The translations under genes and the position numbers were made by a program. Below, piece by piece: positions 1 to 8,398 of a stretch of 63,931 bases of DNA. The notes beneath the pieces were generated by a model. The model made no database searches. It saw only the letters and a list, made by a program, of their open reading frames with translations, and had not been told where the DNA came from. The stretch comes from a virus. Lineage: Duplodnaviria; Caudoviricetes. The DNA is taken from IMG/VR virus record IMGVR_UViG_3300032893_001611, positions 1 to 63,931 of that record; one strand, 5' to 3'. Each line of letters starts with the position of its first letter. The first letter of the stretch is position 1.

Positions 1-52
1 CGGACACGAACCATATGGGAATGGTACACTAAAGGCGTTCCAGCCACGTTAC

Positions 53-128
53 GGCCAGGTAGCTCAGTTGGTAGAGCGCAGCCCTGAAAAGGCTGGCGTC
101 GGCGGTTCGATTCCGTCCCTGGCCACCA
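53..128 (+). tRNA. tRNA-Phe (GAA), integration target
   Basis: 76-nt cloverleaf GGCCAGG...CCTGGCCACCA; anticodon stem CAGCC/GGCTG with loop CTGAAAA (GAA at 86-88); T-loop GTTCGATTC; encoded CCA. Confidence 0.98.
79..127 (+). repeat. attL core, 49-bp direct repeat (3' part of tRNA-Phe)
   Basis: CAGCCCTGAAAAGGCTGGCGTCGGCGGTTCGATTCCGTCCCTGGCCACC is identical to 63821-63869. Confidence 0.97.
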
Positions 129-163
129 TGTTTTCAAGACCTTACCGACACCCCAGAACGCAG

Positions 164-183
164 TTTCATTCCATTTCATTCCA
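164..183 (+). repeat. Putative integrase arm-type sites (TTTCATTCCA x2)
   Basis: Tandem 10-mer; the same ATTCCA core occurs three times at 63718-63747, so both arms of the reconstituted attP carry it. Confidence 0.6.
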
Positions 184-399
184 AAATTTTGGCGCGCAGC
201 GACCAGCCTCCGGGATGAAGTGCGGTCTGGACCTCTCTCGGAGCCGCCACCTTTTCAAAACGGACGTCCGGCGACCTCGACGAAATCCCTAGACCCTGTC
301 TTTACCCGTCACCAACCAGACCGCATCCTACGGCCCTTAAAATCGAAAACGCCAGCCCGCTTTACAGAAAGTTAAGAAATCCCCGTCAGAATTAGGGAC

Positions 400-1242
400 A
401 TGGACAAGGAACCCGACCTGAGCGACGACGAGCTGCTGGCGATCCCGGAGGACGATGTTCCGACCGGTGGCATCGCGCGCCTGTGGTCGGTGCGGTCCGA
501 GCAACGGCACCTGCACGACCTCGCGGAGCTGGCGGCCGAGAAGGCCGGCGTCGCGCGCCCGTTCATGCTGTTCGAGGACCAGACGCCGGAGGCCAGGCGC
601 CGCCGCGACGAGGAACGCCGGCGCGAGGAAGAATACGAGATGGCGATGATGCAGGTCCACGAGCGCCAGGACCGGCTGCTGCGCAGCATCGAGGCAGCGC
701 AGCGCGAGAACGACCACCGCCGCAAGGAGATCGAGGACAACGCCCTGCGCCTGAAGGACGGCCGCCATGTCTACGTCGACGGCGACCACTACCGCGACGC
801 GCAGGGGAGGGTGCTGACCGGGGCCGACGCGGAGGAAGCCGCGAAGCTGCACCGCCTGCACCCCGAGGCGTCGACGTGGCAGGAGAAGGAGGAAGCCGAG
901 CGGCAGGCCGAGGCGCTCCGCCGGCAGAAGGAGCAGTTGCTGAAGGACCGCGACAGCGGCATCCCGCCTGAGGAAGCGGGCAAGCGGCTGGACGGTTACG
1001 AAAAGGAATTCGCTCAGGAAGCCGCCGCGCGGCAGCACGAGATGCAGGCGCAGGTAACACCGGACTACGGCAGCGCCGATTATTCCGACATGCTCTCGTC
1101 GGTCCCGGCCTTTACCGCCGCCGCGCAGATTGCTTCACATGAAACAATCGGACAACCCGCTGACACTGAAACCGAATCCTCTACCGCCGACGCTAAAAAA
1201 GCGCCCCGGCCTTCCGGCCAGGGCGCGTTGAAACTTGGGTAA
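400..1242 (+). CDS. Hypothetical charged/coiled-coil protein
   Basis: 280-aa ORF, AGGGA RBS, GC3-rich codons, E/R/Q-rich helices. Confidence 0.75.
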   Translation: MDKEPDLSDDELLAIPEDDVPTGGIARLWSVRSEQRHLHDLAELAAEKAGVARPFMLFEDQTPEARRRRDEERRREEEYEMAMMQVHERQDRLLRSIEAAQRENDHRRKEIEDNALRLKDGRHVYVDGDHYRDAQGRVLTGADAEEAAKLHRLHPEASTWQEKEEAERQAEALRRQKEQLLKDRDSGIPPEEAGKRLDGYEKEFAQEAAARQHEMQAQVTPDYGSADYSDMLSSVPAFTAAAQIASHETIGQPADTETESSTADAKKAPRPSGQGALKLG

Positions 1243-1296
1243 AGTTTGCGGCACTCTCTCCGCCCGTCACGCATGACCACCGTTTAGAAGTGGCAT

Positions 1297-1797
1297 AAAG
1301 GTAGCGTTGACCGTTGCTAGGGTTTCCGAGCTTCCTTCGCGGGCCTAGCCCCTCTCGCAGACGCCTGACACGACAAGCCTGCGATTTTTACCAGCCTTGC
1401 GGCCGCGTGTGATTCATAACGGGCCACGGGCTGAACCCCTTACGTGGCTGGGAGCCTTGCGAGCTGTACCAGATGGCCCTCTCTGAGGTATTCGAATTCA
1501 GTCCTACACTCTGGCAGTAGGCGCCCCTCGCGGCCCGTTTTAAGCGTTGGCCCGGACGAGGATTTGTCTCGCTTCACCGCATTTTATTTCGGTCGTCATC
1601 CCGGCCGTCTATCCATGGTCCGGCCAGTCCCCGAGCTCAAACGGTGCCTTGAGCTAACTCGAGTTTCAAACAAGGGGCCGGATCGATAGTACCGGCTCTG
1701 GCTATTCTCCCGACATCATTCCTTTCGGAACATACAGTCTGCGGGTCTTCGACCAGCCTTCTAGCAGACTTTCAGGCGTGACAACCACGCTGCCCTT
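1297..1797 (-). ncRNA. Candidate large structured ncRNA (~500 nt)
   Basis: No credible ORF; terminal helix 1797-1781/1314-1297, many nested 7-11 bp helices, GAAA and GCAA tetraloops and G-U pairs on the minus strand, upstream promoter. Confidence 0.7.
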
Positions 1798-1805
1798 GCA
1801 GAATC

Positions 1806-1835
1806 TGTCTACCAGCCAGTGATTCGCCGTGTCAA
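1806..1835 (-). promoter_or_regulatory. Putative sigma70 promoter for the ncRNA (TTGACA-N18-TAGACA)
   Basis: Perfect -35 at 1835-1830; -10-like hexamer at 1811-1806; predicted start just before the terminal helix at 1797. Confidence 0.5.
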
Positions 1836-1838
1836 GCC

Positions 1839-2186
1839 TTAGTCGTCATCAGCAATTCCTTCAGGAAGCGGCGGCAGCGGGACCGACTTACCAGCCAGAG
1901 AATGAGTGCAGTCGCGACAAAAGTTGAGGACACCAGCCGTCAAAACGTAATGGCAGATGAACGGAATGGTGTTGCCTTTGTTGTCTCGGACGAATTCCCC
2001 CGTCCATTTGCCAGCAACCTTGACCGTTTGTACTCCGGAATGCTTGAAACTCGGCGTGAAAGTCGGTTTTTCAAGGTTGCCGTCAAACTTCCAGCTATCA
2101 GGCAGTGGATGCATCTCTTCGCAGGCGGGACACCAATGCATGTATTTGCCGACCGCGCGACGTAGAGTGCTGCTGACTTGGTTCAT
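1839..2186 (-). CDS. DUF6527-like Cys/His metal-binding protein
   Basis: HWCPACEEMH...WKFDGNLEKPTFTPS...CHYVLTAG..FCRDCTHSLAG motif pattern. Confidence 0.75.
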   Translation of the reverse strand: MNQVSSTLRRAVGKYMHWCPACEEMHPLPDSWKFDGNLEKPTFTPSFKHSGVQTVKVAGKWTGEFVRDNKGNTIPFICHYVLTAGVLNFCRDCTHSLAGKSVPLPPLPEGIADDD

Positions 2187-2524
2187 CGAACCCTCCGCTT
2201 ATATTTTTCGGGCGCACGGCCGTGCTCTTTATTGAAGGAATTCAAACGCGTTTAAATCCGCTCCATTTTCCTCGAACCCCACTTTGCAGACCGTCACTGC
2301 GCGTCAAGGGTCGAGATGAACGGCAACCCCGGCCGCCCTTGACTCAGCTACGTGACGGCCTGCTTCACCCCTCTTTCCCATTAAGAGGAAAATGGAGGTT
2401 TTAAAACGCTATGAAGCTACAGAAGAAAGAACAGACCGGGCGGGACGGCGAGGCCGCGCCCGTGGCTTGCATAATTATGGAAGATTCCCGCAACAGATTG
2501 AAAGGAATCGGGTTATACTCGGGT

Positions 2525-2917
2525 ATGCGGTTATTGCTCGGTTTCGCCCTTGTCATGATCCCCATGCAGGCGATGAGCTTGAAGGACTTCAACGCGAAGG
2601 CCCCGGCAGAGCAATCCAGCTACGTCGCATCCTTTATAGAAAAGATGTCCGGCGACCTCGGCGCGAAGAACCCCGAGCTGGGCCAGGCCATCCGCGACTG
2701 GTTCACGAAGAAGGCCGCCGGCAAGCCGGTATCCGAAGGCATGGAGAAGCTGTACGTCGAGCTGACCGCGCTTGAGCTGCAGGCCCGCGACGGGAAGGCC
2801 GACCTGTCGAAGCTCCAGCTTGAATCCGTGATCGTCTACCTCGTGAAGCAGAAATTCCAGCCGCACAACGCGAACCTGCTGAAGGCGATGCCGCGCATAC
2901 TGCACGCGGCCGCCTGA
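2525..2917 (+). CDS. Secreted hypothetical protein (paralog of 2937-3728)
   Basis: Signal peptide MRLLLGFALVMIPMQA; mature SLKDF...IRDWF..K.AG..S.GM...DLSKLQLE; start moved from ORF-track 2411. Confidence 0.7.
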   Translation: MRLLLGFALVMIPMQAMSLKDFNAKAPAEQSSYVASFIEKMSGDLGAKNPELGQAIRDWFTKKAAGKPVSEGMEKLYVELTALELQARDGKADLSKLQLESVIVYLVKQKFQPHNANLLKAMPRILHAAA

Positions 2918-2936
2918 CAACGTAGAATGGCAGGCA

Positions 2937-3728
2937 GTGAAGCGCCTGCCCATTTTCGCGCTCATCGCGGCCTTGCCGGCCGCAGCGTTAAGCCTCAAGG
3001 ACTGGGAAGCCCGGACGAACGCGGCGCAGGTTGAATACCTGACCGGCTGCCTTGCGCGGCTTGTCGTTGCCATCGATAAATCAGACAAGCCGCTCGCGGA
3101 ACGCATCCGCCGTTATTACGGGGACAAGCCAGCCGGGCAGAAATCCTCAACCGGGATGCTCGATCTTTTGCAGCGCATCGGCCGCGTTGAAAGAGACCGC
3201 AGCCTTGACCTTTCCAAGGTCGAGATCGAGGACCAGATCCTCAAGACCACCGTCGCGAAGTTCGGCCCGATGCCGGCCACCGTCACCCGCGCGGGCATCA
3301 GCGCCCCGACGCGTGACTTCGTGGAAGTAACCCCGAAGCCGGGCATCCCGCCGACAGTCCATGAAACCGAGCCGACCGACAACCCCATCGGCCCCGGCGG
3401 CTTCATCACCGCGCCGCAGGTCCGCAGCGTCGCCGATCATCGGCCTGACTGGATCGGGAAAACGATGGACGTGCAAGGCACCGTCTCTCGCGTCACGGTG
3501 CCGGGCGTTGCCGCGCGGATCGTGTTCCGCGAAGCGCCCGACGGCAGCTTTCAGGTGTTCACGCCGCTTGTCGACGAGCTGCGCGCCCGATTCGGCCGGG
3601 ATCTCGCGGGACTGATCGGCAAGACGATCCGCGTCCATGGCGAGGTTCAGAACTTCGACGGTACGCAGGGCGGAATCCGCTTCACCGACATGCAGCAGTT
3701 TACGGTAATTGAGCCCCCTGCCCGGTAG
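2937..3728 (+). CDS. Secreted protein, paralogous N-domain plus C-terminal OB-fold-like domain
   Basis: Signal peptide; SLKDW...IRRYY..KPAG..S.GM...DLSKVEIE; C-terminal IGKTMDVQGTV...GKTIRVHGEV. Confidence 0.75.
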   Translation: MKRLPIFALIAALPAAALSLKDWEARTNAAQVEYLTGCLARLVVAIDKSDKPLAERIRRYYGDKPAGQKSSTGMLDLLQRIGRVERDRSLDLSKVEIEDQILKTTVAKFGPMPATVTRAGISAPTRDFVEVTPKPGIPPTVHETEPTDNPIGPGGFITAPQVRSVADHRPDWIGKTMDVQGTVSRVTVPGVAARIVFREAPDGSFQVFTPLVDELRARFGRDLAGLIGKTIRVHGEVQNFDGTQGGIRFTDMQQFTVIEPPAR

Positions 3729-3772
3729 CGACTTTACGGAAGATACATTATCACTCTGGCGCTAATGCGCCC

Positions 3773-4024
3773 TCACTGGACCGTCATCGTTGACGCCGGC
3801 ACAGTGCCTGCGAAATAATCGCACAGCGCCGATTGCCGCACCAGAGCGGCCCCGAGCTGGAAAGCCATGTCCGGCGGCAGCAGGAACGTCAGCCAGCCGT
3901 GATGCGGATGATGGAGCTGGACGACGCTGCCGTTCTTGCCATGCGGGATTTCCGTGTACCAGGCCGGCCGCTCGACCGCCTCGACGTTCTGCATTGGCCT
4001 CGGCCCCGCTATTTTCCCCGACAT
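3773..4024 (-). CDS. Hypothetical protein
   Basis: 83-aa ORF with GGGAGG RBS. Confidence 0.6.
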   Translation of the reverse strand: MSGKIAGPRPMQNVEAVERPAWYTEIPHGKNGSVVQLHHPHHGWLTFLLPPDMAFQLGAALVRQSALCDYFAGTVPASTMTVQ

Positions 4025-4087
4025 GCTGCCTCCCTATCGTGAGCAGCCATCCTACGCCCCGCGGCCCCGGCCATCAATAGTTATGGC

Positions 4088-4333
4088 ATGATAGACCACA
4101 TGCCAGACGCGGCCAAAAATCCGCCGTCGCCTCCGGCGCCGGATGATGTCGAGAAATTCCTGAACGAGCAGAAGGCCGTCGAGGCCAAGCGGCAGGACCT
4201 CATCAAGGAGCTACTGCGGCAGAAGGAAGCCGCGATCAAGTCCTACGACGAGAAGCTGGCCAAGCTCGGCTACGAAGCCGACAACCACCACCGCAGGCGC
4301 AGCCATCACAAGAAGGACGCGAAGGCAGAGTAA
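4088..4333 (+). CDS. Small coiled-coil protein with basic tail
   Basis: 81 aa, heptad pattern, HHRRRSHHKK tail. Confidence 0.6.
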   Translation: MIDHMPDAAKNPPSPPAPDDVEKFLNEQKAVEAKRQDLIKELLRQKEAAIKSYDEKLAKLGYEADNHHRRRSHHKKDAKAE

Positions 4334-4642
4334 TCACTGCGCCGGCACGGCCTCGGCCCCGGTCATGTCGTTGCCGGTGTCGATGATCGTGATGTGGATC
4401 TCGGGCGGTGTATCCGGCGGGCTGTTCGGCGGAACGACCATCGTCACCCCCTCGTCGCCGCAATCCTGATAACACCACTGGTCCCGCGCGGTGCAAAGCG
4501 CCCCGTCCGCGTTTCTGAAATCGCAGACCGTGCCGCCGACATGTGCCGCCCCGGCCGCGCAATCATGACGGCCATCCAAGCATGGCAGAGCGAACGCGGG
4601 CGACGCTGCGAGCAGCATGGCGATAAAAAGAAATCGGTTCAT
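4334..4642 (-). CDS. Secreted Cys-rich small protein
   Basis: Signal peptide MNRFLFIAMLLAASPAFA; 6 Cys; ATGA overlap with upstream gene. Confidence 0.7.
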   Translation of the reverse strand: MNRFLFIAMLLAASPAFALPCLDGRHDCAAGAAHVGGTVCDFRNADGALCTARDQWCYQDCGDEGVTMVVPPNSPPDTPPEIHITIIDTGNDMTGAEAVPAQ

Positions 4643-5628
4643 CCCCGCCTCCGCTCGATGATGACGGTGTCATTCAAGACAATCCGCGTCTTGCGCGGCT
4701 TCGGCTTTTTCCGGTTTTCCGCGAACATCGTTTTCGGCCGCAGGTCGAGCAGCGCGTAGGTGCGCGCGTGCCGGCTATTCAGCACTGTGACGACGTTGGA
4801 GAGATCGGCATCCGACAATGCTTTGTTGAACAGATACGCGCCATAGATTCTGGTTCCATTCGACATGGCAGTGCTGGCGTTGCCGTTGGCGATTTGGAAA
4901 GCCGCTGACGGTGAAGAGGTGGACGCGCCTGAACTCAATGTATTGCTGGTAAAGGTTTTTGCGTTCTGTGCAGATTTAAAAGTTGTCCCCGTGTAATTAA
5001 AGGCGAAGGCGACAAGGTAATCAGTGCTGGCGTTGAACGTGGCCGTGACCTGGGTCGCGTGTTGAGTTCCAGAGGTTTCTTGGTTGAGGGTATATTTTGT
5101 ACCCGTGCTTTGCAGTTCGAAGAGGACACCGGTGTTTCCCGATGCCACGTTACACGTACCGCCGAGTCTTTCGGTGGCGGCAATAGTTCCCGAAGTTCGA
5201 AAGGCGATGATGAAGGTAAAAGGACCGCCGCCGGTTGTTTTATGAAGGTTGTTAAGAGCCGCGGTATTTGATCCTGAAAGGGCGAAATAGTTTGATCCTC
5301 CCAAGGCCCAATAAGCTGCGGAGTCCCCGGCCGATCCCGTGAAAGTCGGCGATCCTGTAGCCGTGAAATTGTAAGCAGATTGCGCCGAACCATCGTCAGG
5401 TGAAGCTATAAGATTCGACCACGTTGTGCCCGATCCACTGTAGCTGGAAGAAAGAGTTGCATCCACATCAAACAGGGCCTGAACCCCGGATATCTGGTCA
5501 AGCGGCGATGTATTGCGGCTGGATACCTGGAGGGAACCCATGATGCCGACGTCAGACGGCAGGTTCGCGCTGGCCGTGGAGGCCAGCAGCACGCACGCCA
5601 GGAGAACGTAGATTATTTTTTTCATCAT
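4639..5628 (-). CDS. LamG/ConA-like putative receptor-binding protein with signal peptide
   Basis: LFDVDA..SSYSGSGTTWSNL...RIYGAYLFNKALSDAD LamG-type pattern; N-terminal MMKKIIYVLLACVLLASTASA. Confidence 0.75.
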   Translation of the reverse strand: MMKKIIYVLLACVLLASTASANLPSDVGIMGSLQVSSRNTSPLDQISGVQALFDVDATLSSSYSGSGTTWSNLIASPDDGSAQSAYNFTATGSPTFTGSAGDSAAYWALGGSNYFALSGSNTAALNNLHKTTGGGPFTFIIAFRTSGTIAATERLGGTCNVASGNTGVLFELQSTGTKYTLNQETSGTQHATQVTATFNASTDYLVAFAFNYTGTTFKSAQNAKTFTSNTLSSGASTSSPSAAFQIANGNASTAMSNGTRIYGAYLFNKALSDADLSNVVTVLNSRHARTYALLDLRPKTMFAENRKKPKPRKTRIVLNDTVIIERRRG

Positions 5629-7100
5629 GACGCCGCCAGATCGCCGGAGAGATACCAGTCGTCCTGTGCGTCCTCAAAAAGCGTTACACAGGAATATTGT
5701 GCGCGCAGTTTCTTGGTCGCCGCGCCGGTGTTGATGGTTACGCCGGCGCCGGCGACGATCGTCGTCTGCCCGGCGCCCTTCTGGCAGACGATGACCTGCG
5801 TGCCGACCAGCCATGCCACGGAGGAATGGGGCGGCACCGTCAGGTTGTTCGCCGATCCTACGTTCATGAGCACAGCGCCCCCTGCCCCCGAAGATCCGAG
5901 CGCATCGCCGAGCACGAGCGTATAGGATGCCGTCTGCGTATTGATGGCCAGAACCGCCGGGGCCGCGCCGAGATTAGCGAGCGCGCCTGCCGCCGTGCCG
6001 GCGTTGGTACCGCCGTAGCCGAGACCGACGGTAGAGCCGTGCCAGGTGCCGTTGCCCACCGTGCCGAGCGTGGTCAGGTTCATACTGCCCGCCCACGTCG
6101 ACAACGCCGTGTTCTCGACGTTGCCGAGCCCGACTTCGGATTTTGCTATGGTGCCGTTCTTCCACTTGCCCGTCGCATTGTCGTATTTCAGCACGTCCTT
6201 GTCGGACAGCGTGCCGAGAGCGACATCAGACAGGCCCGACAGCGCCGCGCCGGTGTGTCCGTCGATATAGGCCTTGACGGCTTTCTGGCTGGCCACGCGC
6301 ACATCGGAATTCGCGGCCAGGGTGTTGTCGGTGTCGAGATATGACAGCGGCATCTGCGCGGTATTGGTGACGTTGCCGAGGCCGACAAGTCCGGCGTTGA
6401 ACGCCCCGGCATCCTGCACCGTGCCGGATGTGTCGGCGAAGCTGGCCGCATGTCCTGCGGTGAACGTACCAGTGACCGAAGCGACCGTGCCGCCCGAGCC
6501 AGACGCCGCCTTCGCCGCCGCCGTGCCGAGCGTGGGCTTGTTGAGGATCTGCGCCAGACCCGAAACCGCGTTCCAGTCCGCGTTGACCGGCGCGGTATAA
6601 CCGCCGATGTCAGATGTCGAGAGCGTAACCGCGCCCGTGCGGCCGGCGACCGATGCCACGAGCGCGCCTCCGTCCTGCACAGTCCCGGCTGTGTCGGCGA
6701 AGGTGCAGACATGGCCGGCGGCCGTCGATCCGCTGACCGACGCCACGGTCGCTTTGGTATTGTCCGACGCCGCCTTGACGCCAGCCGTGCCGAGGCCGAG
6801 CTTTGTCCGCATGTTCGCGGCCGTATCGGTCGTCATCGTGCCGCCGGAATTGAACAATATCTGGCCCGACGTGCCCGGCGCGTGGGCCTGCATATATGTG
6901 TTCAGGTCGGCGTTGGTTTCCTGCCGCGTGCAGTAGCCCGGCGAGCCGTTGATCGTGCAGCTGCGGCCGACGAGGTGAATGTCGGCGCTTTGCGCCGGCG
7001 CGCCCGAGTTGAAGTCGCCGAAGCCGACGCCTGCCAGAGCCATCGGGCCGATCAAAAGGATGACGAGCGCGAGGGACGCTATGAAAATCCGTTGCTTCAT
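5625..7100 (-). CDS. Tail-fibre-like protein with signal peptide
   Basis: Fibre motifs VASVAGRTGAVTL, NADWNAVSGLAQILNKPTL, VGLGNV.NT, GGT.A.TA..A..NLG; C-terminal YTLVLGD...GAGQTTIVAGAGVTIN domain. Confidence 0.85.
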   Translation of the reverse strand: MKQRIFIASLALVILLIGPMALAGVGFGDFNSGAPAQSADIHLVGRSCTINGSPGYCTRQETNADLNTYMQAHAPGTSGQILFNSGGTMTTDTAANMRTKLGLGTAGVKAASDNTKATVASVSGSTAAGHVCTFADTAGTVQDGGALVASVAGRTGAVTLSTSDIGGYTAPVNADWNAVSGLAQILNKPTLGTAAAKAASGSGGTVASVTGTFTAGHAASFADTSGTVQDAGAFNAGLVGLGNVTNTAQMPLSYLDTDNTLAANSDVRVASQKAVKAYIDGHTGAALSGLSDVALGTLSDKDVLKYDNATGKWKNGTIAKSEVGLGNVENTALSTWAGSMNLTTLGTVGNGTWHGSTVGLGYGGTNAGTAAGALANLGAAPAVLAINTQTASYTLVLGDALGSSGAGGAVLMNVGSANNLTVPPHSSVAWLVGTQVIVCQKGAGQTTIVAGAGVTINTGAATKKLRAQYSCVTLFEDAQDDWYLSGDLAAS

Positions 7101-7115
7101 GCTGGAAAACCGCTG

Positions 7116-7277
7116 TTAGGGGTTGAGAACGATGTACTGGCCGGTTTCGGCGTCGATCATCGGCTGGCCTGTTTCCTGATCTGTCCACGCGTTGTCAGGG
7201 ACACCGCCGGAGCTGGTCGCCGGGGCCAGATAGCCTACGCGCACGATCCAGTTATTGGGGTTGCTGACCTTAATCAC
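7116..7277 (-). CDS. 53-aa protein with doubled D.ETGQ motif (not in ORF track)
   Basis: GTG start overlapping the upstream TGA; MIKVSNP...TDQETGQPMIDAETGQYIVLNP. Confidence 0.6.
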   Translation of the reverse strand: MIKVSNPNNWIVRVGYLAPATSSGGVPDNAWTDQETGQPMIDAETGQYIVLNP

Positions 7278-7714
7278 GACGGCACACGCGTCGCACCCAG
7301 CAGGAACCTGATATGGCCCTGCGTGTTGCAGAAGGTGTTGCCGTCGACATCCTTGAAGACAAGGTCATAAACGCAGACCTTTTCCGGCGCGAAATGGCCG
7401 GTGTGCGAGCCGCCGGTGATCGTCGCCGCGAGTTCGGCGAGCGATTCCTTGACGATCCGCGATTTGAATTGTGCCTGCCCCGAGTTGCTGATGATGAAGC
7501 CATTGGTCGGCCCGAGCGCAAACAACGGGTCCGCAGCGGCCTCGATATCCGCCCAGGAGCCATAGATGCTCAGATAGGCGGACCAGCCGTCGACGCCGCC
7601 GGCCGGGATCTCGCCCGTTGTAGGGTCGATTGGCTGCCAGATCCGCACGAAGTCGGCGTTGGTCTTGCAGACCAGATCCAGCTGCTGCAGTTCATCGTCT
7701 CCGGTTTCGCTCAT
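7274..7714 (-). CDS. Putative fibre adaptor (Ig-like/BppU-like) protein
   Basis: LDLVCKTNADFVRIW...VYDLVFKD.DG.....QGHI beta-sandwich pattern; lies directly before the fibre genes. Confidence 0.55.
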   Translation of the reverse strand: MSETGDDELQQLDLVCKTNADFVRIWQPIDPTTGEIPAGGVDGWSAYLSIYGSWADIEAAADPLFALGPTNGFIISNSGQAQFKSRIVKESLAELAATITGGSHTGHFAPEKVCVYDLVFKDVDGNTFCNTQGHIRFLLGATRVPS

Positions 7715-7727
7715 GGCAGCTTTCCTT

Positions 7728-7913
7728 TCAGATCTTCAGCAACAGATGGACGGCAATGCGGGAGATCGCGGCAAGGAAGAACAGGAAATTCAAAGCCGCG
7801 AACACCATCCCGTCCATCGCGCCTGCCAGATCGTCATCGGGCTTGCGGCAGATAAGCCACAACACCGCATTGAGTGCGGCGAAGACAAAGAGCCATCCGA
7901 AAAATTCGTGCAT
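7728..7913 (-). CDS. Small two-TM membrane protein
   Basis: 61 aa, two hydrophobic segments. Confidence 0.6.
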   Translation of the reverse strand: MHEFFGWLFVFAALNAVLWLICRKPDDDLAGAMDGMVFAALNFLFFLAAISRIAVHLLLKI

Positions 7914-7922
7914 GGGATTTCC

Positions 7923-8090
7923 CTACTGATTCAGGTGGAAAAGGTCGTCGGGATCGGTCGGGTCGCACGGAGGACCGGCTTTTGCTTCCGGAGCGGTTGC
8001 CCCGCTGCCGTCTCCGCGCGCCAGTTCCTCGGCCTCTTTGACAAGGCCGAGGAACTTAAGTAGGAGCTTTATCCACTTCCAGAGCTTCAT
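7923..8090 (-). CDS. 55-aa protein with cationic amphipathic N-terminus (not in ORF track)
   Basis: ATGA overlap with 8087; MKLWKWIKLLLKFLGLVKEAEE...LNQ. Confidence 0.65.
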   Translation of the reverse strand: MKLWKWIKLLLKFLGLVKEAEELARGDGSGATAPEAKAGPPCDPTDPDDLFHLNQ

Positions 8091-8398
8091 TGCGCGGGCG
8101 GCGGCGGCGCGGTCTGGACGACGTGGCCGACGAGCGCGCCGATGGCAGGCACCGCCTCATCGAGCGCGACATTGACGCCTACTGTAACGGCGTTTTTCTC
8201 AAGCGACGACAGGCCGGCATCGATCAGCGCTTTGCCCTGCGCGCCGTTGCCTTGCGCCGTGGCCACGTCGTGGTAGACCTTGGTCGCGAGGTCGACGCCG
8301 CCGGCCTTGAGGCCGGGCGCGAGAGCCGACCAGAGGTCATGAACGCCGGACGAGATGAAGTTCTCGACGCGGTCCCGGATATCAGTGAATTTAGACAT
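8087..8398 (-). CDS. Hypothetical lysis-region protein
   Basis: MSKFTDIRDRVENF..., AAAGGA RBS, overlaps the endolysin end. Confidence 0.65.
   Translation of the reverse strand: MSKFTDIRDRVENFISSGVHDLWSALAPGLKAGGVDLATKVYHDVATAQGNGAQGKALIDAGLSSLEKNAVTVGVNVALDEAVPAIGALVGHVVQTAPPPPAQ

Noticed and set aside
68-292. 74-aa ORF overlapping the tRNA
   Set aside because: It runs through the tRNA and att arm; no RBS or protein features
1444-1689. 81-aa ORF inside the structured region
   Set aside because: No RBS, atypical codon use and no motifs; base pairing explains the region better
1297-1797. Group I/II intron, tmRNA or RNase P identity for the structured RNA
   Set aside because: No interrupted gene, no GUGYG start or domain V, no ordered P/Q/R/S core, no tRNA-like ends or tag, no RNase P P4 consensus seen
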